A DNA stretch of 64,000 nucleotides from Candidatus Zambryskiibacteriota bacterium (GTDB lineage: Bacteria > Patescibacteriota > Minisyncoccia > Phycocordibacterales > DATDWN01), in assembly GCA_026394775.1 (NCBI GenBank), contig JAPLZY010000008.1, positions 53,367-117,366 of the forward strand, read 5' to 3'. This document shows, in pieces, positions 27,858 to 37,920 of this stretch; the stretch's first letter is position 1, and every line of letters begins with the position of its first letter. Position numbers and translations under genes: made by a program. The notes beneath the pieces were generated by a model. That model saw only the letters and a list, made by a program, of their open reading frames with translations. It was not told the DNA's origin and did no database searches.

Positions 27858-29261
27858 ATGAAAAAAACAAAAATTGTAGCAACTATAGGTCCTGCAACAG
27901 AGAGTGAAGCAATGCTTACAAAGCTTCTAGAGGCAGGTATGAACGTGATGCGTCTCAACTTTTCGCACGGAGATTTCAAAGAACATCAGGATCGAGTAAA
28001 CAATCTTCGAAAAGCAATGAAGAAGACAGGAATGCCTGCAGCAATTCTTCAAGACCTCGGTGGACCAAAGATCCGTATTGGAATGTTTAAAACAGACTCT
28101 GTAATGTTGAAAGTAGGACAGACATTTACACTCACTACTGACAAGATTGAAGGGGATGAAAATATCGTTTCTATCAACTACCCACTTCTTCCAAAAGAAG
28201 TACAGAAAGGTCACATCATCTTTTTGCATGATGGAAAAAAGAAACTCCAGGTTACCGATATCAAAGGTAACAATGTGGTATGTAAAGTTCTCGTGGGCGG
28301 GGATATAAAAGGAAAGCGTGGAGTAAACCTCCCGGACTCTGATCTTTCTATTAAAGCACTCACTGACAAAGATCTTGCTGATCTTGAGTTTGGTATTAAA
28401 AACAAAGTAGACTATGTCGCACTTTCTTTTGTACGACGACCATCAGATATTACTGAGCTTCGTGAAATCCTTAACAAACGAAAATGTGATGCAGGTATTA
28501 TCGCAAAGATAGAGACACCACAGGCAATCGAAAACATTGATGAGATTATTGCTCTCTGTGACGGTATCATGGTAGCTCGAGGAGACTTGGCTATCGAAGT
28601 GCCCTATGCAAAAGTGCCAATGATGCAGAAAATGATGATCGAAAAGTGTAATGCACTCGGTAAGCCAATCATTACTGCAACTCAGATGATGGAGTCTATG
28701 ATCAAGTCACCTGTAGCAACACGAGCTGAAGTTTCAGACGTTGCAAACGCTATTATCGACGGTACTGATGCAGTGATGCTTTCAGAGGAAACTACTCTTG
28801 GAGAATTTTCTGTAGAGGCTGTGACTGTTATGGCGACTGTGGCAGAAGAAATCGAGTCTGAATACTCAACTGGTTTTGCAATTTCAGAAACACCAGAAGG
28901 GACTTTGTCATCTGTCGATGCACTCTCTGCAGGAGTAGTAAATGTGGCTGAAGACACTGCAAGTGAAGCGATCATTGTCCTTTCAGACGATGCATCTGCT
29001 GCTCAAATGGTTTCTCGGTTTAAAGCTTCAATGCCTGTAATCGCAGCGACAACCAATGAACGAACTTACAATAAGCTTAGTCTTTCATGGGGTGTAACAC
29101 CACTTCTTGTAAAGAAAGCAAAGACTTTCGCTGAAGCACTCAAGGGAGTAAAAGCAGAGGTTGTGAAAATGAAAGTAGGATCAAAGGGAGATACAGTTTC
29201 AGTGCTTGGATCAATGGATCAAAAAGGAGAAGCAAACATTCTTTTTGTGGACAAAATATAA
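27858..29261 (+). CDS. pyk: pyruvate kinase
   Basis: MKKTKIVATIGPATES...MNVMRLNFSHGDFKEHQ...GDLAIEVP...MVARGDL are canonical PK motifs, 467 aa. Confidence 0.9.
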   Translation: MKKTKIVATIGPATESEAMLTKLLEAGMNVMRLNFSHGDFKEHQDRVNNLRKAMKKTGMPAAILQDLGGPKIRIGMFKTDSVMLKVGQTFTLTTDKIEGDENIVSINYPLLPKEVQKGHIIFLHDGKKKLQVTDIKGNNVVCKVLVGGDIKGKRGVNLPDSDLSIKALTDKDLADLEFGIKNKVDYVALSFVRRPSDITELREILNKRKCDAGIIAKIETPQAIENIDEIIALCDGIMVARGDLAIEVPYAKVPMMQKMMIEKCNALGKPIITATQMMESMIKSPVATRAEVSDVANAIIDGTDAVMLSEETTLGEFSVEAVTVMATVAEEIESEYSTGFAISETPEGTLSSVDALSAGVVNVAEDTASEAIIVLSDDASAAQMVSRFKASMPVIAATTNERTYNKLSLSWGVTPLLVKKAKTFAEALKGVKAEVVKMKVGSKGDTVSVLGSMDQKGEANILFVDKI

Positions 29262-29324
29262 AACTACACCATACTTTTAAAAATTTGATGGGGACCATCA
29301 AATTCAGCAAATTGTGGTTATGTG

Positions 29325-29352
29325 CAAAAAACAGCTCCATTGGGGCTGTTTT
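29325..29352 (+). terminator. terminator after pyk
   Basis: aaacagctcc-attg-gggctgttttt. Confidence 0.6.
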
Positions 29353-29450
29353 TGTTAACCTAAAAAAACAATCTTGTTTATTTCAAAAAAATGTTTTCCG
29401 CTACCGTATTCACTTTTTACTTTCGACACTTGGGGCTATAATGTGACCAC

Positions 29451-29732
29451 ATGATCACATCAAGACGCAATCTTATTCTCGGTATCTGCATTGTCATTAT
29501 TCCATTTCTTGGCTTTCCTTCGCTATGGAAAACTTTTTTTGTGGTTGCCTCAGGTTTGGTGCTTGTTGGTTTTTCTGTCCAGATTAATATTCCTAAAAAG
29601 ATAGTGAGAAAAGCTCGCCGGAAAGAAACTATCGCTACTGCGTTTCGTGAAAGCATAATGAGTAGTCCTCGAAGTAAAGAAAAAAATACTGATCTTGCTC
29701 GAGTTGATACTACCGAAGAAAATGAACAATGA
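29451..29732 (+). CDS. small membrane protein (hypothetical)
   Basis: 93 aa with two TM helices. It overlaps the downstream start by 4 nt. Confidence 0.35.
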   Translation: MITSRRNLILGICIVIIPFLGFPSLWKTFFVVASGLVLVGFSVQINIPKKIVRKARRKETIATAFRESIMSSPRSKEKNTDLARVDTTEENEQ

Positions 29733-30955
29733 AAAAAGGTGCCTACTCTAAAGAGGTAATGATTGTTGGAGGAATTTTGGTTCTCGTAGCTATTGTTCTT
29801 TTTGGTTTACCACAGGTTTTCCCTGATACATATACTAACCAAGCTTTGGTGCTCGCCATTAAAGAAGAGAGTAAGGTAGAGGATATACCAGCTCCCCAGG
29901 TGGCGACTCATGTTGCTACTCCTTCTGCGGTTAAAGCAATCTACATGTCACAGTGTGTGGTAGGGACACCGAGTTTTAGAAAAAAGCTCGTTGATTTGGT
30001 GGACACTACTGAACTTAATTCGATCATGATCGACATTAAAGACTTCTCGGGGACTATTGGCTTTAAAACAACAAACCCACTTCTTGCCTCTGCTTCTATG
30101 AAAGGATGTGGAGCATATGATATGAAAGAATTTATCGCGAGCCTTCATGAAAAAAATATTTATGTCATCGGTCGCATTACCGTCTTCCAGGATCCATTTT
30201 ATACAAAAGCATATCCAGAGCAGGCTGTGCAAAGCAAGTCTTCGGGTACACCATGGAAAGACCGTAAAGGGCTTTCATTTATCGATGTCTCAAGCAGGCC
30301 CTATTGGGATGTAGTTGTGGCACTTTCCAAAGAGTCGTATGAGCTTGGTTTTGATGAATTAAATTATGATTACATTCGATATCCGTCTGATGGAAATATG
30401 ACAGATACGTCGTATGTAAACCCTAATAAGCAAGAAGCGCTCGAAACCTTTTTTAAGTATCTTCATGAGAAAGTAAGTCCACTTGGAGTGGTTACCTCTG
30501 CAGACTTGTTTGGCATGACAACAGTCGCATATGACGATATGGGTATAGGGCAGATTCTTGAGCGAGCACTACCATATTTTGATTATATTGCACCTATGGT
30601 CTACCCATCTCATTTTGCAAAAAATTTCAATGGATACGCTGATCCAAATAAAAATGTGTACGGGGTGATTGAGCATTCGATGAGTGAAGCAGTAAAGCGA
30701 ACAGAAGCGACAACAACACGCTTTGCATTTATCGGAGCAGAACCTATTGCATCTACTTCACCAAAGCTTTACAAGAAACCTGCATATCCGCGCACCAAAC
30801 TACGCCCATGGCTTCAAGATTTTAGTTATGGAGGAACCTATGGTCCAAAAGAGGTGAGAGACCAGATACAAGCAACCTATGATGTAGGGCTGACTTCGTG
30901 GATGTTGTGGGCTCCTTCGAATAACTATACAAAGGGTGCTTTGGAATCAATTTAA
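29729..30955 (+). CDS. membrane-anchored putative glycoside hydrolase (TIM-barrel GHL10/DUF4015-like)
   Basis: N-terminal TM anchor. Motifs GFDELNYDYIRYPSDGN, YVIGRITVFQDP and PWLQDFSYGG are typical of the family. Confidence 0.5.
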   Translation: MKKGAYSKEVMIVGGILVLVAIVLFGLPQVFPDTYTNQALVLAIKEESKVEDIPAPQVATHVATPSAVKAIYMSQCVVGTPSFRKKLVDLVDTTELNSIMIDIKDFSGTIGFKTTNPLLASASMKGCGAYDMKEFIASLHEKNIYVIGRITVFQDPFYTKAYPEQAVQSKSSGTPWKDRKGLSFIDVSSRPYWDVVVALSKESYELGFDELNYDYIRYPSDGNMTDTSYVNPNKQEALETFFKYLHEKVSPLGVVTSADLFGMTTVAYDDMGIGQILERALPYFDYIAPMVYPSHFAKNFNGYADPNKNVYGVIEHSMSEAVKRTEATTTRFAFIGAEPIASTSPKLYKKPAYPRTKLRPWLQDFSYGGTYGPKEVRDQIQATYDVGLTSWMLWAPSNNYTKGALESI

Positions 30956-31044
30956 AATTTAAAATTTGAAATTATTTTCTTACCTATACACAGCAACACT
31001 AAGGTGCATTGTGCATACTTTCTATTGTATAATAACTAATAATT

Positions 31045-33264
31045 ATGGACCCTCAAAAAATAACCTATTTTGGTGAGACCGATGCTCGAGGCAAAAAGAT
31101 CAAATTTGGTATCAAGGCCAAAGATCGCCTGAAGCATATGTACATTATCGGGAAAACCGGTATGGGTAAGTCGACTCTTCTTGAAAACTTAGCAATCCAA
31201 GATATTCAAAACGGCGAAGGCTTGGCTTTTGTTGACCCGCACGGAGGTACAGCAGAAAAACTTCTCGAGTATGTCCCTGAGCATCGTGTTAAAGATGTGT
31301 TGTATTTTGCACCTTTTGATATGGAGTACCCGATTTCTTTCAATGTGATGGAAGATATTGGGGCAGACAAAAGACACTTGGTGGTCAACGGTCTCATGTC
31401 TACGTTTGAAAAGATTTGGGTAGATGCGTGGTCTGCACGTATGGCGTATATTTTAAATAACACACTCTTGGCTCTTTTGGAGTACCCGGGCTCTACACTT
31501 CTTGGTGTAAACAAAATGCTTTCTGACAAAGAATACAGAAAGAGAGTGGTAGAAAATATAAAAGATACTTCAGTAAAAGCTTTCTGGGTAGACGAGTTTG
31601 GAAAGTGGACTGAAAAATTTATTGCAGAAGCGATCCCTGCAATCCAAAACAAGGTGGGGCAGTTTACTTCAAACCCGCTTGTTCGAAACCTGTTGGGTCA
31701 ACCGCAGTCATCTTTCGATATTCGAAAGATGATGGATGAGAAAAAGATCCTCATTGTAAACCTTTCAAAAGGTCGTGTGGGTGAAGGTAATGCAAACCTG
31801 ATCGGCTCGATGTTGATCACCAAAATATACCTCGCTGCTATGTCACGTGCAGATGCATCTGAAGCAGACCTCAACAAGCTTCCAAACTTCTACCTCTATG
31901 TAGACGAATTTCAATCTTTTGCCAACAAATCTTTTGCAGATATTTTGTCTGAGGCACGAAAATATAAACTCAATCTGACCATTGCTCACCAGTATATAGA
32001 ACAAATGGAAGAGGAGGTGAGAGACGCGGTTTTTGGTAACGTGGGAACCATGGTTACATTTCGTGTAGGAGCATTTGATGCGGAAGTTTTGGAAAAAGAA
32101 TTTGCTCCTGTGTTTACTGCTGAGGACTTGGTAAACCTTGGCTTTACCCAAATCTATCTGAAGCTCATGATTGACGGAGTTTCTTCGCAACCTTTTTCAG
32201 CTACCACCATGGCTCCTATTGCGCGCCCTGAAGTTTCTTTCAAGGAAGATGTTATCAATGCATCACGTCAACAGTTTGCAAACCCACGTATGGAAGTGGA
32301 AGAAAAGATCTTGAAATTTCATGAGGAAAACAGAGTAGAGTCTGGAGGCCAAAAAATGCAAGAGAGGGGGAGAAGTGACAACAGACCTAATGATCGACAG
32401 GAATTTAGAGGCGAGCGTCGAGATGAACGTCCAAATGACCGAATGAATGATAGGGGAAGTGGAGGTGCTGACCGGTCACATGATAGGCCGATGGATCGCC
32501 CTTTTGAGTCACGAGAAACTCCACGTCCATTTGAGAAAAAATTTGATACTCCGAAGCCTATATATACCGAGGTGCCACCTTTGGGAGTAGAACAAAAACC
32601 AGAAAACCCAAACGAAGATCAAAATAAAATGGCTTTTTTGAAAGTGGCAGAAGAGCTACGACAAAAAGAGTTATTGAAAAATCCTTCCCCAGAAAAAGAA
32701 GTTTCAACACCAGCATTGGAAACTCCTTCTCTACCTGCTCTTGCCTCGACCACATCTTTACCTGTTGTAAAAGCTGAAACAAGACCTGAGCCAGACCCAA
32801 AGCCTGTGGGGGGAAATATGCCTTCGACCAGTGCACCTGTTGTACCAAAAGTGTCTTTACAAGATTTGAAACCAAATCATGAAAAAGCAAAAGTACCAAC
32901 ACAAGAAAATATTTCAAGTCTAAAAAGTGCTCTTTCTTCGGTGCTTGCAAAAGCTGCGGTAGGGCAAAGTAAAGCGCCTGTAGTCCCAATAGCTCCCGTG
33001 AGGCCTGAGCCCGTGTCAGCACCTCTCGTAGCAAAAGTTGTTACCAAAGAGCCTGTAGAGGCTCCAAAGCAAGAACCAGAACGAGTCCAGCCAGTAGTGG
33101 AGACACAGAAGCCAGCACCAGAGGTAAAAGTACCAGAACCACCACAACAGAAAGAAGCGGTAGTCGAGCAGGAAAAACCTAAAGAATATGGTACTGTAAG
33201 CCAAGCTCCCTATGTGAAAGAAGTGCCAGAAGACGTATTACGCACATTGCTTAAAATGGAGTAG
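31045..33264 (+). CDS. P-loop ATPase of the TraG/VirD4/HerA (DUF87-like) clade with ~330-aa disordered C-terminal tail
   Basis: Walker A IIGKTGMGKSTL and Walker B LYVDEFQSF. The C-terminus carries DR-dipeptide repeats (RPNDRQEFRGERRDERPNDRMNDRG...) and a Pro/Glu/Lys/Val-rich low-complexity region. Confidence 0.55.
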   Translation: MDPQKITYFGETDARGKKIKFGIKAKDRLKHMYIIGKTGMGKSTLLENLAIQDIQNGEGLAFVDPHGGTAEKLLEYVPEHRVKDVLYFAPFDMEYPISFNVMEDIGADKRHLVVNGLMSTFEKIWVDAWSARMAYILNNTLLALLEYPGSTLLGVNKMLSDKEYRKRVVENIKDTSVKAFWVDEFGKWTEKFIAEAIPAIQNKVGQFTSNPLVRNLLGQPQSSFDIRKMMDEKKILIVNLSKGRVGEGNANLIGSMLITKIYLAAMSRADASEADLNKLPNFYLYVDEFQSFANKSFADILSEARKYKLNLTIAHQYIEQMEEEVRDAVFGNVGTMVTFRVGAFDAEVLEKEFAPVFTAEDLVNLGFTQIYLKLMIDGVSSQPFSATTMAPIARPEVSFKEDVINASRQQFANPRMEVEEKILKFHEENRVESGGQKMQERGRSDNRPNDRQEFRGERRDERPNDRMNDRGSGGADRSHDRPMDRPFESRETPRPFEKKFDTPKPIYTEVPPLGVEQKPENPNEDQNKMAFLKVAEELRQKELLKNPSPEKEVSTPALETPSLPALASTTSLPVVKAETRPEPDPKPVGGNMPSTSAPVVPKVSLQDLKPNHEKAKVPTQENISSLKSALSSVLAKAAVGQSKAPVVPIAPVRPEPVSAPLVAKVVTKEPVEAPKQEPERVQPVVETQKPAPEVKVPEPPQQKEAVVEQEKPKEYGTVSQAPYVKEVPEDVLRTLLKME

Positions 33265-33278
33265 GTCGCCTCAATCTT

Positions 33279-34403
33279 ATGAAAAAACGTGCGCTCATAT
33301 ATTCAATAGCTTATTATCCACTGGTTGGTGGGGCTGAAGTCGCGGTAAAAGAAATCACTGACCGAATACCAGAAATTGAGTGGCATATGGTCACTCGCCG
33401 TTTTGACCCTACTCATCCGGCATATGAAATAATTGGAAATGTTCATGTGTATCGAGTAAGTACTCCGAAAATACTTTTCCCGTTTGTTTCTTTTTGGAAA
33501 GGAAGGCAACTGCATAAGAAAAGCCAATTTGATGCGGTATGGAGCATGATGACTTTTGCAGGTTTTCCTGGACTTTTTTTTAAGATATTTTTCCCTAAAG
33601 TTTTTTTTGTACTTTCTTTGCAAGAAGGTACTCCTTTTGCTGACATAAAACGCAAAGTTTTTTTTGTATACCCACTCTTTAGACTTATGTTTAAACAGGC
33701 TGACTGTGTTCAGGTGATCTCACAATTTTTGGCTCAGATGGCGCGTGACATTGGTCGTAAAAAAGAGATTGTGGTTATACCAAATGGTGTTTATATTACA
33801 TTGTTTGGTACAGAGCCGAGTCTACCTCTTGTGCTCAGTCTTGCAGAGAGACTTGTTAAAACTGAAAAGGATATCTATATGGTAACAACCTCAAGACTGA
33901 GTAAGAAAAATGGTATTGATGATGCAATACGAGCGTTGGTATATCTACCAGAGTATGTGAAATTTTTAATTGTCGGAGTAGGGGAAGATGAAGCGAAACT
34001 TCGAGCACTTGCACAGGAAATGGGAGTACGAGAGAGGGTGTGGTTTGCTGGCTTTGTCGATCAAAAAGATATTCCTGTGTTTCTTCGTGTTTCAGATATT
34101 TTTGTGAGAGCTTCTCGTTCGGAAGGTTTTGGTAATTCATTTATTGAAGCAATGGCAGCAGGTCTCCCAGTGATCGCCACGCCTGTCGGAGGGATACCTG
34201 ATTTTATTGATGATAAAGAAACAGGTGTTTTTGCTTGTGCAGACAATCCAAAAAGTATCGCCGAAGCGGTGATGGAAATAGTGCAAAACCCAGAACTTCG
34301 AGAGAAAATAATCCGCCTAGGAAGAGAGCGTGTGCTTAGGCGGTATAGCTGGGACACAGTTGTTTCTCTTATGAAAGAAAAAGTATTCCAGGATTTGCTA
34401 TAA
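33279..34403 (+). CDS. GT4 family glycosyltransferase
   Basis: GT-B fold. RASRSEGFGNSFIEAMAAGLPVIATPVGGIPDFI. Confidence 0.8.
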   Translation: MKKRALIYSIAYYPLVGGAEVAVKEITDRIPEIEWHMVTRRFDPTHPAYEIIGNVHVYRVSTPKILFPFVSFWKGRQLHKKSQFDAVWSMMTFAGFPGLFFKIFFPKVFFVLSLQEGTPFADIKRKVFFVYPLFRLMFKQADCVQVISQFLAQMARDIGRKKEIVVIPNGVYITLFGTEPSLPLVLSLAERLVKTEKDIYMVTTSRLSKKNGIDDAIRALVYLPEYVKFLIVGVGEDEAKLRALAQEMGVRERVWFAGFVDQKDIPVFLRVSDIFVRASRSEGFGNSFIEAMAAGLPVIATPVGGIPDFIDDKETGVFACADNPKSIAEAVMEIVQNPELREKIIRLGRERVLRRYSWDTVVSLMKEKVFQDLL

Positions 34404-35413
34404 TGGTCCTATCTATGAAAATAGTCATTGCAACACCCTTGTTTCCACCACATATAGGAGGACCAGCCCTTTATGCAGAGCTTTTTTCGCGCACATGGAA
34501 GGCGGCGGGGCATGAGGTGACTGTGGTTTCTAGTGACTCTTTACGTAATATGCCAAGCGGCATACGGCATTTTTTATATGCCTGCAAACTGTTGCCAAGC
34601 ATATTTCGTGCAGATGTGGTCTATGTTCTCGATACATTCAGTGTCGCCATTCCTACTACTATTTTGTGCCATATCCTAAAGAAAAAAATTATTGTCCGAG
34701 TCGGTGGAGATTTCTTGTGGGAGTCATATGTAAACCGTACATATGAAGCAGTATTTCTGTCGGAGTTTTATACAGAAGAAAGAAACTTTACCTTTAAAGA
34801 AAATACAATTTTCGATCTAACAAATTTTGTGTTTGCGTATGCTGATAAAATTGTTTTTTCAACAAACTGGCAAAAAGATATATACCTCGATGCATATACA
34901 CTCGATACGGCAAAAGTGCATGTGGTGGAAAATCTCTATATGCAAAGAACAAAGCGAAATATTGTTCCTAAAAACAGAGTAGTGCTTTCTCCTGCACGTG
35001 ATATTTTTTTAAAAAATAAAAAAGGACTCGAAGAGGCTTTTAAAAATTTAAAAGAGAGATTTTTTGATGCAACACTGGATACAAGCACATCGACACACGA
35101 AGAACTGCTTTCGAGGATTTCTGAAGCATACTGTGTTGTCGTACCTTCTTTTTCTGAAGTAAGTCCAAACTTAGTGCTAGACGCAATCTCTCTCGGGGTC
35201 CCTGTTGTGGTGACAATGGATTGTGGGATAAAAGACCGTCTTGGAGACAGTGTGCTTTGGGTAAATCCAAAAGACCCTCAGTCAATACAAGAGGGTATAG
35301 AGACTCTCATGGATGCACGCACCTACAGTGAATACATGACTCGTATGTCCAAATTTGCCTTTGAGCGAGGAGAAGAAGTGGTGGCCCGAGATTTTTTAAT
35401 ATTAGGATCATGA
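34403..35413 (+). CDS. GT-B-fold glycosyltransferase-like protein (paralog of 37921)
   Basis: N-terminal IVIATPLFPPHIGGPALYAELF...AGHEVTVV. C-terminal VVPSFSEVSPNLVLDAISLGVPVV. Confidence 0.5.
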   Translation: MVLSMKIVIATPLFPPHIGGPALYAELFSRTWKAAGHEVTVVSSDSLRNMPSGIRHFLYACKLLPSIFRADVVYVLDTFSVAIPTTILCHILKKKIIVRVGGDFLWESYVNRTYEAVFLSEFYTEERNFTFKENTIFDLTNFVFAYADKIVFSTNWQKDIYLDAYTLDTAKVHVVENLYMQRTKRNIVPKNRVVLSPARDIFLKNKKGLEEAFKNLKERFFDATLDTSTSTHEELLSRISEAYCVVVPSFSEVSPNLVLDAISLGVPVVVTMDCGIKDRLGDSVLWVNPKDPQSIQEGIETLMDARTYSEYMTRMSKFAFERGEEVVARDFLILGS

Positions 35414-36540
35414 TACAAGTACTTTCAATCGGAACAGATAGAAAAATGTTTGAAGAAAAAAGCGCAGTCTCTCTGCGTGCGATGTTGTATGGAAAAAAAG
35501 CAGGACACATGTCTGTCATTGTATTTTCACTCGCATCACTCGGGCTTTCTAAAAAAGTGCTTTCGCCTGAAGTCACCGTGTACCCAACCAATTCTTCAAG
35601 CAGACTCGGGTATGTGTTTGACGCCATTCGTATCGGTAAAGAGATTATAAAAAATGAAAAATTTGTCAGAGGTCAGAGCGTGGTCACATGTCAAGATCCG
35701 TTTGAGTGTGGTTTGGTGGGTTGGCGTATTAGCCGATACTTTAGATTGCCACTTCATCTACAGCTACATACAGATTTTTTGAGTCCATATTTTAAAACAT
35801 CGTTTCTCCAAACTCTCCGAGTTATTTTGGGGCGTTTTTTGCTCCCAAGAGCATCTGGAGTGCGGGTGGTATCAAAACATATTGCCGAGTCTTTGGTGAG
35901 AAATAACATACATCTGAAACATAACCCTGATGTATTGCCTATACGGGTGAGTATAAAACCAGATGAAGTACAAAAAATACCAGATTTTTTTCCTCAGTTT
36001 AATTTTGTTATTTTGGTTGCGTCTCGCCTAGAAAAAGAAAAACGTATACAAGACGCCATCAATGCATTTGCTTCTGTGGTTAAACAATTTCCCAAAGCAG
36101 GGCTCTTGATAGCAGGCTCTGGGTCACAAGAATCTGCATTAAAATCCCAGGTTAGTTCTCTTGGACTATCTTCATCAGTAGTTTTTCTGGGCTGGGTCGA
36201 GTCTGTAGCTTCATATATCAAATCCGCTGATGTGTTTTTATCTACCTCAGAATACGAAGGGTATGGTATGTCAGTTGTAGAAGCCGGACTCCTCGGTACG
36301 CCGGTAGTGACCACAAAAGTAGGTCTGGCAGGTGAGATACTAATAGACAAAGTAAACTCGTTTGTCTGTCCGGTAGGTGATACACTATGTATTACACGTT
36401 CTTTAGTTGAGCTTATTGCTCACAACGAAAAACGCAATATTTTGTCTCAAGCACTACAAAGCGATGTGAGGAAGACGATACCCACAGAAGAGTCGTATGT
36501 GGATGCATTTGTGCATAGTTTCCAAAAAACATTACAATAA
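35410..36540 (+). CDS. GT4 family glycosyltransferase
   Basis: STSEYEGYGMSVVEAGLLGTPVVTTKVGLAGEIL. Confidence 0.75.
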   Translation: MIQVLSIGTDRKMFEEKSAVSLRAMLYGKKAGHMSVIVFSLASLGLSKKVLSPEVTVYPTNSSSRLGYVFDAIRIGKEIIKNEKFVRGQSVVTCQDPFECGLVGWRISRYFRLPLHLQLHTDFLSPYFKTSFLQTLRVILGRFLLPRASGVRVVSKHIAESLVRNNIHLKHNPDVLPIRVSIKPDEVQKIPDFFPQFNFVILVASRLEKEKRIQDAINAFASVVKQFPKAGLLIAGSGSQESALKSQVSSLGLSSSVVFLGWVESVASYIKSADVFLSTSEYEGYGMSVVEAGLLGTPVVTTKVGLAGEILIDKVNSFVCPVGDTLCITRSLVELIAHNEKRNILSQALQSDVRKTIPTEESYVDAFVHSFQKTLQ

Positions 36541-36546
36541 TTCTTT

Positions 36547-36963
36547 ATGAAAAGATTTACAAAACATTTGATTGTACGTTATATAATAGCCGGAGGCACG
36601 AGCGCAGCTGTAAACTTGGGGCTACTTTCTCTTTTGTACTACGTGTTTGATATCTATTACCTCTACGCATCTATTTTTTCATCAGTGGTTGCTTTCTTTG
36701 TAAGTCTTACATTGCATAAATTTTGGACATTCCAAGATTATTCTCGTAAAGATATTTATACCCAAATCGGTAAATACAGCATGACTTCACTTTTTGGTCT
36801 TTTATTGAACACGACACTTCTCTATGTGTTTGTAGACCACTTTCACTTTTTCGTATACTTCAGTCAGATTTTGGCCGGTGGTTTAGTAGCAGGTATCACT
36901 TTTTTTATTTCGCGAAGCCTTGTCTTTAAAGGCAAAACAGATTTGTTTAGTTTTAATATATAA
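36547..36963 (+). CDS. GtrA-family membrane protein
   Basis: 138 aa with four TM helices. VRYIIAGGTSAAVNLGLL...HKFWTFQD is GtrA-like. Confidence 0.65.
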   Translation: MKRFTKHLIVRYIIAGGTSAAVNLGLLSLLYYVFDIYYLYASIFSSVVAFFVSLTLHKFWTFQDYSRKDIYTQIGKYSMTSLFGLLLNTTLLYVFVDHFHFFVYFSQILAGGLVAGITFFISRSLVFKGKTDLFSFNI

Positions 36964-36969
36964 ATATAT

Positions 36970-37920
36970 ATGAAAATTTTTATTACTGGTATTGCGGGTG
37001 CGATCGGGTCTCATATGGCAGAGCGCTTGTTGGCAGAGGGACATGAGGTTGTCGGTGTCGATGCTCTCACACCTTACTATTCGCCGGACATAAAGAAGAT
37101 AAATATTTCTGACATAGAGGCAAAAGGCGCAAAAGTTTTTATCAAAGATCTTGTTGTGGATGATCTTGGCGCCTTACTTGAAGGTGTTGAATATATTTTT
37201 CACTTTGCCGCTCAACCAGGTATTTCAGCTTCTACTGCTTTCGATGAATATGTTCGTAATAATATTGTGGCAACAGAAAAATTACTTCACGTGGCACAAA
37301 ATCTGCCCACCCTCAAAGGTTTTATTCATGCATCCACCTCTTCAGTATATGGATCTTTTGCGGGAGGAGATGAAGAGACTGTGCCTCAACCAACCTCGTA
37401 TTATGGAGTAACAAAGCTGGCCGCAGAGCAACTCGCTTTGTCATATGGTCGAAACAAAGGGCTTCCTGTTTCTGTTCTTCGTTTCTTTTCTGTATATGGT
37501 GAACGAGAGAGACCAGAAAAACTTTACCACAAGCTCATCAAGGCAGTACTCGAAGACAAAGAGTTTAGTATATATGAAGGTGCAGAAAAACATATCAGAA
37601 GTTATACATATGTAAGCGACATCATAGATGGGTGCATGCTCGTGCTCAATGATTTCCAAAAAGCAAAAGGACAGATTTTTAATCTCGGAAATGACACGAC
37701 CATGACTACAGGCGAGGGGATAGATTTAATAGAAGAAATTATTGGGAAAAAAGTAAAACGTGTCGTGCTTCCTCCACGTTCAGGAGATCAGCTGGAAACT
37801 TCTGCAAATATTACAAAAATGCGAAAGACTTTTGGGTATAATCCAAAGGTGCAGTTAAAGGAAGGTTTGGAGGCGGAAGTCTTGTGGTTTAAATATAAGA
37901 TTTGGAATAAGGGTATTTAA
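36970..37920 (+). CDS. NAD-dependent epimerase/dehydratase (extended SDR)
   Basis: MKIFITGIAGAIGSHMAERLL Rossmann motif. YGVTKLAAE is the catalytic YxxxK. Confidence 0.8.
   Translation: MKIFITGIAGAIGSHMAERLLAEGHEVVGVDALTPYYSPDIKKINISDIEAKGAKVFIKDLVVDDLGALLEGVEYIFHFAAQPGISASTAFDEYVRNNIVATEKLLHVAQNLPTLKGFIHASTSSVYGSFAGGDEETVPQPTSYYGVTKLAAEQLALSYGRNKGLPVSVLRFFSVYGERERPEKLYHKLIKAVLEDKEFSIYEGAEKHIRSYTYVSDIIDGCMLVLNDFQKAKGQIFNLGNDTTMTTGEGIDLIEEIIGKKVKRVVLPPRSGDQLETSANITKMRKTFGYNPKVQLKEGLEAEVLWFKYKIWNKGI

Noticed and set aside
32558-33204. Minus-strand ORFs (158 aa, 62 aa) antisense to the low-complexity tail of the ATPase gene
   Set aside because: They are artefacts of repetitive codon composition (W/F/L-rich nonsense translation) and fully overlap a confident CDS.
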